Source: Mytilus trossulus (lineage: Eukaryota). Taken from it: a stretch of 64,000 bases of DNA. The position numbers and the translations under genes are program-made. Below the pieces are notes generated by a model. That model did no database searches. It was not told where the DNA came from and saw only the letters and a program-made list of their open reading frames with translations. Of this stretch, positions 29,101 to 44,100 are shown piece after piece (position 1 is the first letter of the stretch; every line of letters starts with the position of its first letter). The stretch is from the NCBI RefSeq assembly GCF_036588685.1, contig NC_086375.1, forward strand, positions 86,552,001-86,616,000, read 5' to 3'.

Positions 29101-32100
29101 TAAAGGAAAATGTTGGATACATTGGGATGAACAACTCAAAGTTGGATGGAAATATGATCCAAGGTTTGACTTTATCTAAGATTTTATAATGTAATTCTGA
29201 TGTGACTAGATGTTTTCTAAAAGTCATTCCTTTGTTCTTATTATTCTCTTATCTTATTAAAAATCGATAAAAATTTTGAGATGTGTAAACTAAATAAAAA
29301 TGAGTTTTTCTTGTCAATTTCATGAATGATGAACACAAATTTGTTAACTTTTTATGTAAATTTGTTCATCTATTTCAGTATGCCATTCTACAAGATCATA
29401 GTACCAACAGTAGATACAGTTCGGTACCAGTACCTTGTGTCTGCCTTGATTGACTCATTTAATCCTGTGTTACTTGTTGGACCAGTTGGTACAGGGAAGA
29501 CGTCAGTGGCAAACAAAACATTACTGAAGAGTGATCAGAAATCAAACTCTGTCCTGACCATCAACATGTCTGCTCATGTTTGTTTAATATTTTATACATA
29601 ATTAATCTATGTGCACTTCCATTTTTAAATGAATGTAAATTTACACTGAATTAGAATCTTGATCAACAAAAAAGGAAGCAGCATACTTTATGGTGTAGTT
29701 TTGCTCAATTGCATTTACAAAAAGAAGCAATTAATTCTTCATAGATTTTATTAAAAATAAACCACACCATTCAATTTTTTATATTTACAGATATTTTTAT
29801 AAGAAATTTATATGTTATTCTCATTTTGAATCTAAAGGAAATCTTTTAACAATTACAAAACTTCAGCAGAAATTGGCTTAAGTGAGATGAAAGCAGAATG
29901 TTTCCAATAGAAATAATATTTGTTTGCATAAATAGCCTTTTCAACCATCACAAATTCTTGTAGATGAAAAACTTCTGAATTATTTCTTTCAGACCACATC
30001 CAACCAAGTACAAGAAATAATAGAGAGTAGAGTAGAGAAGAGAACTAAGGGAGTGTATGTACCAATCGGTGGCAAGAAACTTCTTACATTTATGGATGAT
30101 TTTAACATGCCAGCCAAGGATACGTTTGGATCACAGCCTCCTTTGGAGTTAATGAGATTGTGGTTAGATTACGGATTCTGGTACGATAGAGAGAAACAAA
30201 TTCAGAAAGAAACCAGGGTATGTTATGAATAATGATGCTAGTACGACAGAGAGAAGCAAATAAAAAATTAAATCATTTGGTAGCAGAAAACTGTTCTATA
30301 ATGGTGGATGAAATTTTTTTTTAATTGGAAATATAAAAGTTATGTAAAATGCTTTCAACGGTACAATTCTTGCCAGATTTTTATAAAACTTGTACAATGG
30401 GTTATTATTACCAATATTTCAGACAAGTTCTATAATGATGGACAACTTTTCTTTTAAAGAGTTTTGCTTCTTCAACTCTGTTCTATTTTGGATCTGCATT
30501 CATATTAGATTTATCTTATATTAACAGGAAATGTTCTTGATAGCAGCAATGGGTCCCCCTGGTGGAGGACGACAAGTTATCTGCCCACGTTTACAAAGCA
30601 GATTTAATCTTATCAACATGACTTTCCCACAGGTTAGTATAAAGGCAAGGAATAGCAGATGGACCTTTTTATAGGAAGACAAGTTATTTGTCTCAAAAAC
30701 ACCAAACCAAGTTGCAGGAAACATAATATCTATTGACGTGAGCTTATAAATTTAAGATTTTCAGTTTCTGAGTTATGGGGGTTATTTCATTAAAAAAGCT
30801 TGAGTTTTCCAGTTTTTAGACGATAACTCAAGAGTTCTTTTTAGTGGTTTTCATGGAACTTTGTTGACTGCATGGTTTATATTTCTATTGAATTAAATAT
30901 CCCTTAGCTTTTAATAAATTTCTGCTATGACTTGAGGAAATATTGAATTTTATTCTTTGAAAAAGCAACCAGCATATCATGCACTTTATTATCATTTGTT
31001 TTAATTGAACATATTTCTGTATTACAGGATAACCAGATCCAAGTGATCTCTTTATTATCATTTGTTTTAATTGAACATATTTGTGTATTACAGGATAACC
31101 AGATCCAAGTGATCTCTTTATTATCATTTGTTTTAATTGAACATATTTCTGTATTACAGGATAACCAGATCCAAGTGATCTTTGGAGGAATGTTGAACCA
31201 GAAATTACAGGAGTTTGAGGAAGATATAAAACCATTAGGAGATATTATTACCAAGGCTACAATTGAAGTGTATCTTGCTGTTCAGCAGAAATTCAAACCA
31301 ACCCCTTCTAGAATGCATTACTTGTTTAATCTGAGAGATATTTCAAAGGTAAAATAAACTTCATTAATTGCTCTGGCAGATGATAATAAGATTTTAAAAG
31401 GTATTTGAAAGCCAGATGAGTTTATGTAATATGTGGATCTTTAAATGTTCATTGATTTCTGCTTATATTAATCTGTAGGTCACCCCATAACCTTCAAAAA
31501 TATACAAAATAGTTATCAAAGGTACCAGGATTATAATTTAGTACCCCAGATGCGTGTTTCGTCTACGTAAGACTCATCAGTGACGCTCATATCAAAATAT
31601 TTATAAAACCAAACAAGTACAAAGTTGAAGAGCATTGAGAATCCAAAATTCCAAAAAGTTGTGCCAAATACGGCTGAGGTAATCTATGCCTGGGATAAGA
31701 AAATCCTTAGTATTTCATAAAATTCAATGTTTTGTAAGCAGGAAATTTATAAAAATGAACAAAACACATACAATATTATAATCCATGATAAAAGACCCTA
31801 ATAAAAATCAGAGACCTTTTTCAAATTAAAACTATGAACAATAGCATATATGGCCGTACATAAAACAACAACTACAGACTCTTTGATTGGGACAGCCACA
31901 TAAAAAATGTGTTTTACTCATTTATGCTCAGACCTTTCGTGAGACCTGTTTGTAATTCAATGTTGTAAATTAACTCCCTTTAGTTTGTATTATTTTCAAA
32001 TTTTTGTATTTTCAGGTGTTCCAAGGAATGTTAAGAGCACACAGACATGTACATGATACCAAGAATGCTATGATACGATTGTGGATACATGAATGTTTTA

Positions 32101-35100
32101 GGTAATGAGTTTATCAATAACAATGTCCATTGCAAATCTCAAAACAAATTTCTTTACATTATAGAAGTATAGAATACTTCTTTTTTAAAAATCAAAATTG
32201 AGATACTATTTGTCAAGCCAAATTACCAAAATCTGTGTTTTTATTGGCCCACTGTACAGAGGGGCATTAAGTGTAATCCATATCGGTCCATATGTCCATC
32301 CAATACCTACGTCCCAACTGTCCTCAAGATTGGTTTCTGCCTCAACCAAATGTTATGAAACACAAACTCAATGTTTATTTAAGAATTGAATGCTTCTTTT
32401 TGTAAATTTATTGGGGTGTAAAAGCGTTGACCGAAGTACATTTTGTATGAAGCGCGGAAGCGCTTCATTTTAAAAATGTACGCACGGTCAACGCTTTTAC
32501 AACCCTATAAAGTTATAAAAAGAAGCATTCAATACTTATAATTACATTACTTAGCTAGGATCATGAAAACACGATTTTTATCAAGTTTTATTTAATTTAC
32601 CTGTGCACTTTATTGTGGGACCTCGTGTCATCATGAATGATAAGTTTTATTGTCTATTGCAATTGCTTACGGAATAACATGTGATGTGCATTTAGCCAAT
32701 CAGAATAACGTGTTATAATGAAACATACATCTAATGTAATTATTACTACAAAACACAAATCTAGTACAAAATTGGGTGGTATCTTGTTTCATGCATAAGT
32801 AATGCCCCTTTATAAACATAAAAATTGCTGAAATTTAGTTTGTCTCAACCAAATGTTATGAAACTTATACACAATGCTTTTAATCACAAAATGGTTTTAA
32901 TCACATAAATCATGCATCTGTAGGTGAATGTTAACTCATGGATATTTACAAGCCGAGGCATCTGTGCTCATTGACACATTCTTCCTTTATTTTTTACATT
33001 TTTGGTACTTGCATGCTCTAGTAGATACATTATACATAATGTTTGGTATAATTGAAAGTTTGCAATTCTTTTCCAGGGTATTTTCAGACAGACTGGTGGA
33101 CACCTTTGACTATGAAAGTTTTGTTGCCATTTTAACAGAGAAGTTAGCATCTTTGTTTGATCAAACTTTCCACAACTTATGTCCAAATAAACAACCTCCT
33201 GTATTTGGTGAGTATTAAACTTAGTGTCCAGCCCTATTATTGTTAGTTTTTATTGGCTTTGAACTAGTTGTCAGTAGCTGTGAGTACTGTCAGATCTTTG
33301 CTTAGTGTCTATTTTGTTATGAGGAATAAATAAACTGCCTATACAATCAGTATCTTCATTACATGTTTTTCTTCTTTGTATCAATCAGATGAGTTAAGCC
33401 CATACTCAACTACATATAACAAAAAACATATATATGCAAACCAATACTTTAATACAGAAGTTATATTTATAGGGGACTTTCTAAATGAAGAAAGGAGATA
33501 TGAAGACATAACAGATATTGGAAAGATAAGGGATCATCTGAATGTTACCCTAGAGAAATATAACAACACGCCAGGGACAATCAATATGGACCTTGTAATG
33601 TTCAGGGATGCTATAGAACATGGTAAGATATCCATTTTATCATGGACCATCAATATATACATTGTTATGCTAAGGAATTCTATAGAACATGACGATATGT
33701 CTATTTTATGATATGAAAGAATTAAAAACATCAGGGACTTGCAGTATGGATCTTGTTATGTTCAGGAATGCCACATCAGATTATGAATTGATGAGTTCAA
33801 GAGTAAATTCATAACTGCAATCCAATAATTAACCATATTTAGCCAATTTTCATTAAAAGAAATTACATCATCAGATAAAATTTGTTTCATTTTAGTAAAG
33901 TTTAAATCAGATTGAAATAAATTTTACACTGCATCCTTGGCAGTCTGTTTTGTTTAAATTCAGCTATATTTGGAAGTATAAAAACTTTTCTTTATCCAAA
34001 ATGAGCTATTTTTAGTAGGCATCAAATCACTGGACATTTTAAGAACTCTCAAAACAGGGTTTCCATAATTTTGGGAACACGTTACACAAAATCCTAAGTG
34101 CCAAACCATTCATACAGAAGATTTTATGAAATAAAAGTATTCTATGACTTTGTTCACGAAATATTATTTGATTAACTGTTTATCAATTAAGAAAAGTGAA
34201 GCCACAAGTCTTAGGTGCACAGATACGTCAGTCTTCACAGTGATATAAGAGTAATCTTACTTCAATAAAACATTTATCTTATTTTCTAGTGGTAAAGATA
34301 GTTCGAGTGATACGACAACCATGTGGTAACATGTTACTAGTGGGGATTGGAGGCAGTGGACATAAAAGTTTAACTAGACTGGCTTCATTCATGTGTGGCA
34401 TGTCAGCTTTTGAGATTGAGATTAGTAAACTGTACAGGAGAAATGAATTCAAAGATGGTATGTTTTTAGATACTAATTATTCTGTATACAACGGGCTTCT
34501 ATTTTCAATACATATGTGTTCTTCTTTTAAGGTTCCTAACTTGAATGATATCTGACAACCCTTCAGATAGAGATTCCATTGGACCTTTTCTTTTCATCAG
34601 GAAAAGGAAACTTCTTCTTTCTTTCCATTATTCCACATAAATATTTACAAAGTTTTAACTTGCAACACAAAGTCTTTATTCAATATTTTTATTTTTTAAC
34701 ATTTTAATGGTGTTATCAGCATAAACTAGCAGAAATGACAATGTTTTACAAAAATTAAGAGTGAAGAACACAAAATCAAGCTAAAATCTGCAAAAACTAG
34801 GAACTGGGAAAGGAGTTTAAAATATCCACAGTGACAAATAATAGATCTTGGTGATTTTCACTTTCATAACTGTTCAACACCAAATAGAGAAAACATCAAG
34901 AACTTTTTTGGAGCACATATGTATGTTTAACCTTTTAGACTATTTGTATTTACTAGTGTATTGAACAAGCAATGTGTTTGTTTTTCTTTCTTCAGATTTA
35001 AAGAGACTGTACTGGCAAACTGGAGTTCTAAACAAGCCCACAGTGTTTATTTTTAGCGACAGTCAAGTTGTAGAGGAGGAATTTTTAGAGGATATAAATA

Positions 35101-38100
35101 ATATCTTAAGTAGTGGAGAAATACCAAGTTTATATAATGAGGAGGAGTTTGAGGAGGTATTGTCTTTTAGTACCTAATGTCAGATATCTATTCTACAATT
35201 CTTAACAAATTTGTTAGAAGTTTATATTAGCTATGTATCAGGATTTGAAAAAAAATCAGTGCAATTCAACAATTTTTATACGCCCATTTACAGGACGTGT
35301 TATGGTATACCATTGTCTGTCTGTCTATTCGTCCATCTGTCCATCATTTATTTGTGCAGAAATTATGTCCCCTTGAAATGAAAATGTTTGGAAAATTGCA
35401 TTGTAAGAACTCTCACCCCTTCATTTCTTATCCAATTTTTAAAAAACTTAAATTTAAGGTTGATATAGTTAGGGTTTTGGACAAGATATTAAAAAGTGTA
35501 AATTAATTTTTTACAGGGATTATGCCCCTTGGAAATTGAAGTTATACAGAAAATGTAATCAATCTTAAGCCTTTATTTATCAAAGAATATTTATGAAAAA
35601 TTTAAAGAACAGAAAAGAAAAAAAGGAGTTATTGCCCTTTGACATTCAAAATGTCCTCTAGTATTAAGCCTTTATTGATAAATTAAATAAAAAATATTTA
35701 ACCAAATATTGTCTTACAGATAATTCACTATAATTATTGATGATTCATTCTTAGGTCAGAAATGAATTGTTAGAAGTTGCACAAAATGAGGGAATTGAGG
35801 ATACTCAACAAAGTGTGTTCTCATTCCTGATTGGACGTGTGCGATCCAATTTACATGTAGTTTTATGTATGAGCCCAGTTGGAGAACCATTTAGGCAAGA
35901 ACTGTGTGACTAGAATGTATAGAGTGTTCACAGTATTGGGAAACACATCTACTTTTTGTTGTATTAGTATGTCAACTGTGAATTGCAATATAGTATTGTT
36001 TTTTGGTTACACTTGTGTTTGGTTTAATGGACTATGTTATCAGTTGGCACTATTGAGGGGAATTAATTTTAATGATAAATGCATGCAAGAATTTGTCAAT
36101 TTACTGCATAATGTTTTCAGCAATATATAATCAGTGGTGCACATATAATATACGAACTTTGTAAGAGTTTGGAATGACTGACCAGTGACTATCTAAACAA
36201 TAATTATCATTCAGTGAGTATCTGATCTATCGATATGACCTAAGACTGTTTAATTATTGGTAGATTTTTTTCAATGACGTCTTCATTCTTATTTTAACTT
36301 GATGAATGTTATGATTTGATCTATGTTACAAAAATGATGTCTGATTATTCTTTAATTTAATAACGTATAACCAATTGACTGGTTTACAAATGATACTTAA
36401 TTAATTGATATTCTTATTCTTACAGAAATCGTGTGAGAAAGTTCCCAGCCTTTGTGAACTGTACTACAATTGACTGGTTCAGTGAATGGCCAATAGATGC
36501 CCTTAATGAAGTAGCTGACAAATATCTACAAGATGTTACTCTTGACATGGACAAAGAGGTTTGATCATTTTTAAACATGATTGACTCATTTACTCTCCTG
36601 TATCTTGACATAAGTTTTTAATTTTAAGTGCACCGAAATCAGATCCTCTGTTTTATTGATTATAACAGGCCGTACTGAAGGATGAACAAGATACCTTCAA
36701 TCAGTGAAATAGAACTGGTATCATAGAAAACAAATTGTAGACTATTATTTAAATAATTTGGTCCAAAGTTCAGAAATCATTCCTTGCTTCTTCAACAGCA
36801 ATGTTTTTTAATTCCAATTCTAAAGAAGAAAGTTTGATAGGGAGAACTTGTTAGCCCCTTTAATTAAAAAAACAGAAAGTTTTATATATTTATAAAAAAA
36901 ACTTGTCTAATTTTATGAAGCGTATTTGGAGTCCTGTTCCCTTTGTCATGTATGGTCTAGTTACTTTAAATAAATGAGCAATTTTCAGTTTAAAGTTTTC
37001 ATATTCTTGAAAGAGACTACTTGTGATTGTTCAATGATTATTTCCTATAAAGTTGCATTACTATCAGTACAGTTTGTCAACTGATTTGAGGCCCTGTCTC
37101 TAGTTCTATCCACCTTGAATTTATTAATGATGTTGTTGTCCAGCAGATTGTCTTTTCTGAATTTTCTGCCAACAGTCAAAATATGACTCTGTCTCAACAG
37201 TTTAATGAAAAGTTTGTTTATTTTTCTTTCAGGACAAGATTAAGCCATACTTGGTGAAGATGTTCTCAGCAATGCATAAATCTGTCTCAGACCTTTCTCG
37301 TAAAATGCTGTTAGAGATGAAACGACATAACTATGTCACACCTACCAACTATCTGGAATTTGTGACTGGATACAAAAAGTGAGTTTCAACATTGAATTTA
37401 AAGTGAATAACAATATTTAATATGTGCCTTAGATACTTCTTTGAAACTGAATTTTACTGTGCATATTGCTGTCTGTATGTTTATATTACATTTTCTAGAG
37501 TTAAAGGGGAAGGGGTTTAGATCCTTCAATACATGTTTAACCCTGCCATATTTTTGCGCCTCTTTGTGTGGAATTTTCTCTCTATGTTGAAGACCCAATG
37601 TAGGCCTTTGGCTGTTTTCTGCGCTATGGTCAGATATTTGTCTTTTTGACACATTTCCCATTTCCATTCTCAATTTTATCTCTTTTTTAAGACCAACAGG
37701 AATGATAGAATTCTCTATGTCAAAAATTTGCATGGAGAATTCTGTTTCACAAGAGGTAAAATATCCCACATGACAAAAAAATTTACTTCACCAATTGTAA
37801 ACTCAAGCCATTCAATTTTGGGATGCAGTGATGTATGTTGTACATTATATTTCCAGGTTATTGTATTCCAAGAGAAAAGAATTAGGTGACCAGGCCAACA
37901 AACTAAAGAATGGTTTGAGTAAGATAGACGAGACAAGAGCAAAGGTGAAAAATATGACTGAGGAGTTAGAAGATGCTAGAGTTAAGGTTATTCAGTATCA
38001 GAAAACTTGTGACGAGTACCTCATTAATATTGTACAACAGAAAAGGGATGCTGACGAGCAACAAAAGGTATGATATATATAGTCTTTAGCAACATTTGAA

Positions 38101-41100
38101 ACCAACGAAAAAGGATTTTGACATTCAACTGAATGTAGGGATATATATAATTGGGATAAAATTAGAGGCAGCAGAAATACAATAACATATCTGAGAACCT
38201 CCAAAGAGCACCTTGTTTGTATTTTACATTGGTGTGTTTCAACCTTCAAATTTAGGTTAAGATGTTAATTTGAATGAGGTTTGAAAACATCCCTCATTCA
38301 TATATTAGTTAATGCTAAATTCCCTACCCATTCATCTATTTCATAAGAAATCACAACCATATCCCAGCTAGCATGACAACTTATTTCAATGACATGTTTA
38401 CAACTTATTATGAGATAAAAAGATTGTAAGAGGGGATAATCATGTATGACCTATTGACTTATAAATTTCTACCCTTTGATATATTACCTTCCTGAAATGC
38501 CACCACATTGATTAATTTTGACTTTCCAAACAAAGTGATCCATACCATACCATGGGTATGTCTGTGTATACCTTTGTGTAAGAAGAGACCTTTATCTTTA
38601 TTTGGATTTGTAAAACCAGGTTCTTCTTGTAATGTCAGTATCTTTGATATTTTTATTTTAGACTGTAACTATTAAAAGTGAAAGAATTGGTGAAGAAGAG
38701 GCTAAATGCAAACACATGGCTGACATAGCTCAGCATGATCTTGATGAAGCCATGCCTGCTCTAAAGGAAGCTATTGAGGTAAGAAGGAATAATGTTTTAT
38801 ATAAACACATGGCTGACATTGCTCAGCATGATCTTGATGAAGCTATGCCTGCTCTAAAGGAAGCTATAGAGGTAAGGAGGAATAATGTTTTATATAAACA
38901 CATGGCTGACATAGCTCAGCATGATCTTGATGAAGCCATGCCTGCTCTAAAGGAAGCTATAGAGGTAAGGAGGAATAATGTTTTATATAAACACATGGCT
39001 GACATAGCTCAGCATGATCTGGATGAAGCTGTGTCTGCTCTAAAAAAAGGATTAGAATTTGACCAAGGGTTTAACACTCAGAACAATACAATACAATACA
39101 TGTTTAATATGATTTTGCTGATTTAGCATTAAGCTATGTATTTATTGGTTACAGGCGCTTGATTCATTGAACAAGAATGATATAACTGAGATAAGGTCTT
39201 ATGGTAGACCCCCAGCACAGGTGGAGAAGGTTATGGAAGCTGTAATGATCCTCAGAGGCAATGAGCCTACCTGGTCAGAGGCCAAGAAACAGCTGGGTAT
39301 GTAGATGGCACTTTTACATTCATTGATCCCTATGTTCGGCTGAGAAGCAGCAAATGCCAATTTTTAAGTCTAATTAAGTCCTAGCCAGATGTTTGACCCC
39401 AGGACCATTCCAGGTCATCAAACTACTACTAGAGCACCTAGGTGGTCACACCTTTTGGATGATAAGAAAGCTCAATAAGGGTGCAAAAATTGTAAAAAGC
39501 AAAAATACTTGTAGACATCTTTCTTACATCTTTTGTAAATAACGACTGTTTAGTATAAGATTATTCAATGATACATCCATTATTAGTGTATTCTATATTC
39601 TATAAAACACAAGCATGGCTGTAAGGAATGTTACAATCAGCCTCTTATTCTGTAGTCTAAAGGAATTAATTTACTGATTTTATTGGTTGAACTGAATTCT
39701 TGAGATAATCATTGGTACAATGAGACTGCTTACTCTCTTTCTGATATTCCTGGTACTGTCCAACTTAATTAAAAGATTTTCATTACAGGTGATAACAATT
39801 TCATCAACAAATTAGTGGCCTATGACAAAGACAATATATCAGACAAAATGTTAAAAAAGATCAGCAGCAATTATGTCAACCAGAGTGACTTTCGTCCAGA
39901 GATTGTAGGTCGGGTATCCCTGGCAGCCAAGTCCCTCTGTCTATGGGTCAGAGCCATGGAACTGTATGGTCGTGTGTACAGGGTAGTCCAACCTAAACAG
40001 CAGAGGCTGAATGTGGCAATGAAACAGTTGCAAGAAAAACAAGATGCTCTTGCTGAGGCTCAGCAGAAATTGGCAGAAGTTTGTTTTATATCTTTATCAG
40101 ATTTTAACTCTTATTGAAAAGGGTCAATTTCATTTTACAAAGAAGAGATCTAATTTTACATCATTATTATTTAAAAAGTAAGATGTTTCTTTATTTATAT
40201 ACAAATTACAACATTGAGTAATAAAGATTATATTTTGGGCTGTGACAGAGTAGGAAATACAGTGGAACTGTACTATTTTAGAGAATTTGCCAAAAGTATT
40301 AGATATTAAAACAAATGTCATTTTACAAAATTTTGTTCTGTTGAAAATAAATGTATTCTACAAAGATTTGAAGCACTGTTCATTTCCAATCAGGTGAAAA
40401 AAGTTAACTAAACACCACCTTCTTACACAGGATTATCTCACTGAAATTCTCTTCTTATGTTTAATCAGAAAATATTGAATTTAAATCTATAATGACCTAT
40501 GCAGGTTAAAGCTAAAATGGAGGAATTGAAGAGAGTTTATGACGAAAAGTTGGAACAGAAAGAAGATCTAAAGAGAAAGGCAGATTATACAGAAATGATG
40601 TTAGAAAGAGCTGCTAAACTTGTAGAGGGACTGGCTGAAGAAAGAGTCAGATGGGAAGAAACAGTTCAGGTAAAAACAAGCAATTAAAGACTTACTGCAT
40701 GGTGTGACTGAGGTTATGGGTACTGTAGATAGGAAGTTTTAGTTAGTTACAGAGAAAAAGAAAAAGGGGAAATAACTTTGATAAAAAGAAACAATATTTT
40801 CTTACTTTTTTACATTTTTGTATCAAAACTATGATATCAAAAAGACTCAGAATATATGATTAACATATGATCACTAGAATGACATTTTTTTTCTTCAGAA
40901 TTTGAAAGAAAAGATAAGTACTCTACCAGGAGATTGCATGTTAGCTGCTGCCTTCCTGTCTTACATGGGGCCATTCTTATCCAACTACAGAGAGAAAATT
41001 GTCAAGAAATTATGGATTCCTCAGGTTTGAACATAAAATATATATGAACACATATAATTGAATACAACAGCTTTGAATTTTGAATTTTATATATATATAT

Positions 41101-44100
41101 ATGTTTGTTTTAAATATTTCTTTATATTGAAACTTATAAAGCAACAGTAAAAAAAATGCATTTAAATCTTTTATATTTTCTTTGCATACCAATAAAGCAA
41201 TAAACATATTAACAAACAAAGCAAAATCAAGTTGAAAATCTGTAGAACTTCAAAATTGTCAAACTTGCAATCAGTGAAATGTAACGTATTAAGGTAGCAT
41301 TATTTTTTATACAGATTACCAAACTAGGGATTCCATGTACACCATTATTTGAGTTCAGTGAGTTCATGGCACGTCCTACACAAGTAAGAGAATGGAACAT
41401 CCAAGGCCTACCAAGCGACAGTTTCTCTACAGAGAATGGTGTTATAGTAACGACTGGTAGCAGATGGCCTCTGATGGTGGATCCTCAAGGACAGGCTATC
41501 AAATGGATCAAGAACAAAGAAGCAGAAATGGTATGATCATAGGAATAAGATGGCTTTTATGACCTAATGAATAGTATTTTTTTATGATCTAAGGAAATAT
41601 ATTTTTTATTTGTGAAAGAATAATGTTTTTTCAGGATCCAATGAAAATAATATTAACTGAATGCTGCTGCAAAATTGATAAATAGATTGTTAAATATCAG
41701 TTTTCAATTTCAGAAACTTGTATGAGTCCTAGATCTATTTACAGTCTTGAGCTGATACTTTGGCTGATATGGGAAACAAAAGGTATTTCTGAACATTCTA
41801 AATAACGTAATAGTTATAAAAAAATGATTGCTTTATATTTTAGGGACTAAAAGTGATAGATTTTCAGCAGGCAGACTATATGAAATATCTGGAGAGTGGA
41901 ATACACTTTGGTACACCAGTTTTGCTACAAAATGTTCGGGAGAAACTGGAGCCATCCCTGGATCCAATACTGAATAAATCATTGATTAAAAAAGGTGAGA
42001 TAATAAAAAACTGTAGCCATTACTTGATCTATTACCATGCTAATCTTTGGTTAAAAAAGGTGAGATAATAAAAACTGTAGCCATTTCTGGAACCTATGAT
42101 GAACAAGTCATTGGTTAAAAAAGTGAGATAATAAAAAATTCTACATCAACAGGATTATGTAATTTATTTGACTTAACAGAGTTTTTGAATCAATCAAGTT
42201 CGACTTATCAGAGGTGATTATCTATTGATGAAACAGGAAATCAAGAATTATACTGGGACGGAGAAATCACTTCGACTCATCTGAGTTTTCAACACAACCT
42301 GAGTTAGACTGTATTAAATTATGTTCATTAAATTGAAATAGTGATATTTTATGTTACTAAAAAATAAAGATTATATGAAAGGATTTATATTTGTTGGTCT
42401 ATCAGTGTAGATTTTTCTGATTAAATAAATTGGTTTGTATTTAATTTGTTTCAGGTGGTGTCACTTGTATTAAAGTTGGTGATAAAGAGATAGAGTACAA
42501 CGCTGATTTTAGATTCTACATCACAACAAAACTTGGTAACCCCCACTATATGCCAGATATATCTACCAAAACTACCATTGTCAACTTTGCTGTTAAAGAG
42601 CAAGGTAAAATATACCAATATTTGTTTTTGTCCAAAGTGTGGTTATTAAAGATAGAATAAAATAAATGCCTGCAGAGGTCAAAACTGACATTGAAACAAT
42701 GAAATGAATTGTATATGATCCATGAATGAAATGCTCTATAGAATTTATTCACTAAATTTTATTTCTTTGGTTCTGAGGAAAACCTATTTTTCCTTCAAGG
42801 CTATTTGGGCAAAATAAATGCACCAGAGTCAATCCTGCTTCCAGGAGCTATAGCAGTAATTAAACTGAATAACGATACGACAGATGAGGGCTGGCTGTCA
42901 ATTAAGATTAATCATTTCTATTTTGTAGAAGTTTAAAATGTATTTCTCATTATAGGTTTACAAGCTCAGTTTCTTGGTATTGTGGTCAAAAAAGAGAAAG
43001 CAGAACTAGAGGAAACTAAAGACCAGCTAGTGAAGAGTATTGCAAGTGGAAAGAAAAAGTTAGAAGAATGTGAAGATGAAATTCTCAGGTTTGTGTTCAT
43101 CCTAATGTATCTTGTTTCTTCTGTATTTACCTTATCCTCTACAGAAAATCCACCAGCTTAAAGGTGCACCTGCTGATCTGTCACATGTCATTGACCTTTA
43201 CCTTAGATTTGTAATGCAAAGAATCACTTTGTTTTGTGAAATTAGTTTCTGTTTCTAAATTTTGTATTTAGACAAAGATATATTATGCAGTCTTAATTTA
43301 CTACTTCACACCCTGTTACAAAATGTAAATCTTGTCAAAAATATTTCAGACTTTTAAATGAGACAAAAGGTTCTTTATTAGACGATGAACAGTTAGTTAA
43401 CACATTACAGACATCTAAAATGACTTCACAGGAAGTGTCAGAGAAACTCCAGATATCGGAACAAACTGAACATAAAATTGATGCAGCTCGAGAGGTTAGT
43501 ATACGTCTATAAGATATGTCAAATTGGATTTATAGGCAATGTCTTAGGATCTCCAGAGAGACAGTTATCTTTTAACAGACCAATTCATACTTTTTTAATG
43601 ATCAAAGCAAGGGCGTGAAATTGATTTTTTTTTATATAAGATGTATTTTGTTTGAAGTCATATTTTGATCTTACTCAATATGAGTTCCACTGCCTATTTT
43701 CATGTTCCCTACAAACCTTTATTACAGAGCATGTGCCCAGAGAGTGGCTATTTTATTGCATGATTGGTCCAGTGTACCAGTTTAATTTGGACCAATATGA
43801 TAAATTCTTTGTATAATTGTAGGGCTATAGATCATGTACCCAGAGAGCAGCTATTTTGTTATTTGTCTTGAATGACATGGGATTGATTGGTCCAATATAC
43901 CAGTTTAATTTGGACCAATACATTTAATTCTTTGTATATTTCTAGGGCTATAGATCATGTGCCCAGAGAGCTGCAATTTTGTTCTTTGTGTTGAATGACA
44001 TGGGAATGATTGATCCTATGTACCAGTTTTCTTTGGATTCCTACATTGAATTATTCCTACAGTCCATAGACAGAAGCCAGAAAAGTCAAAAGCTTGATGA

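Noticed and set aside
31500-31760. Possible additional interspersed repeat
   Set aside because: It looks like a repeat-family fragment, but there is no second copy, TIR or TSD in the window to support it.
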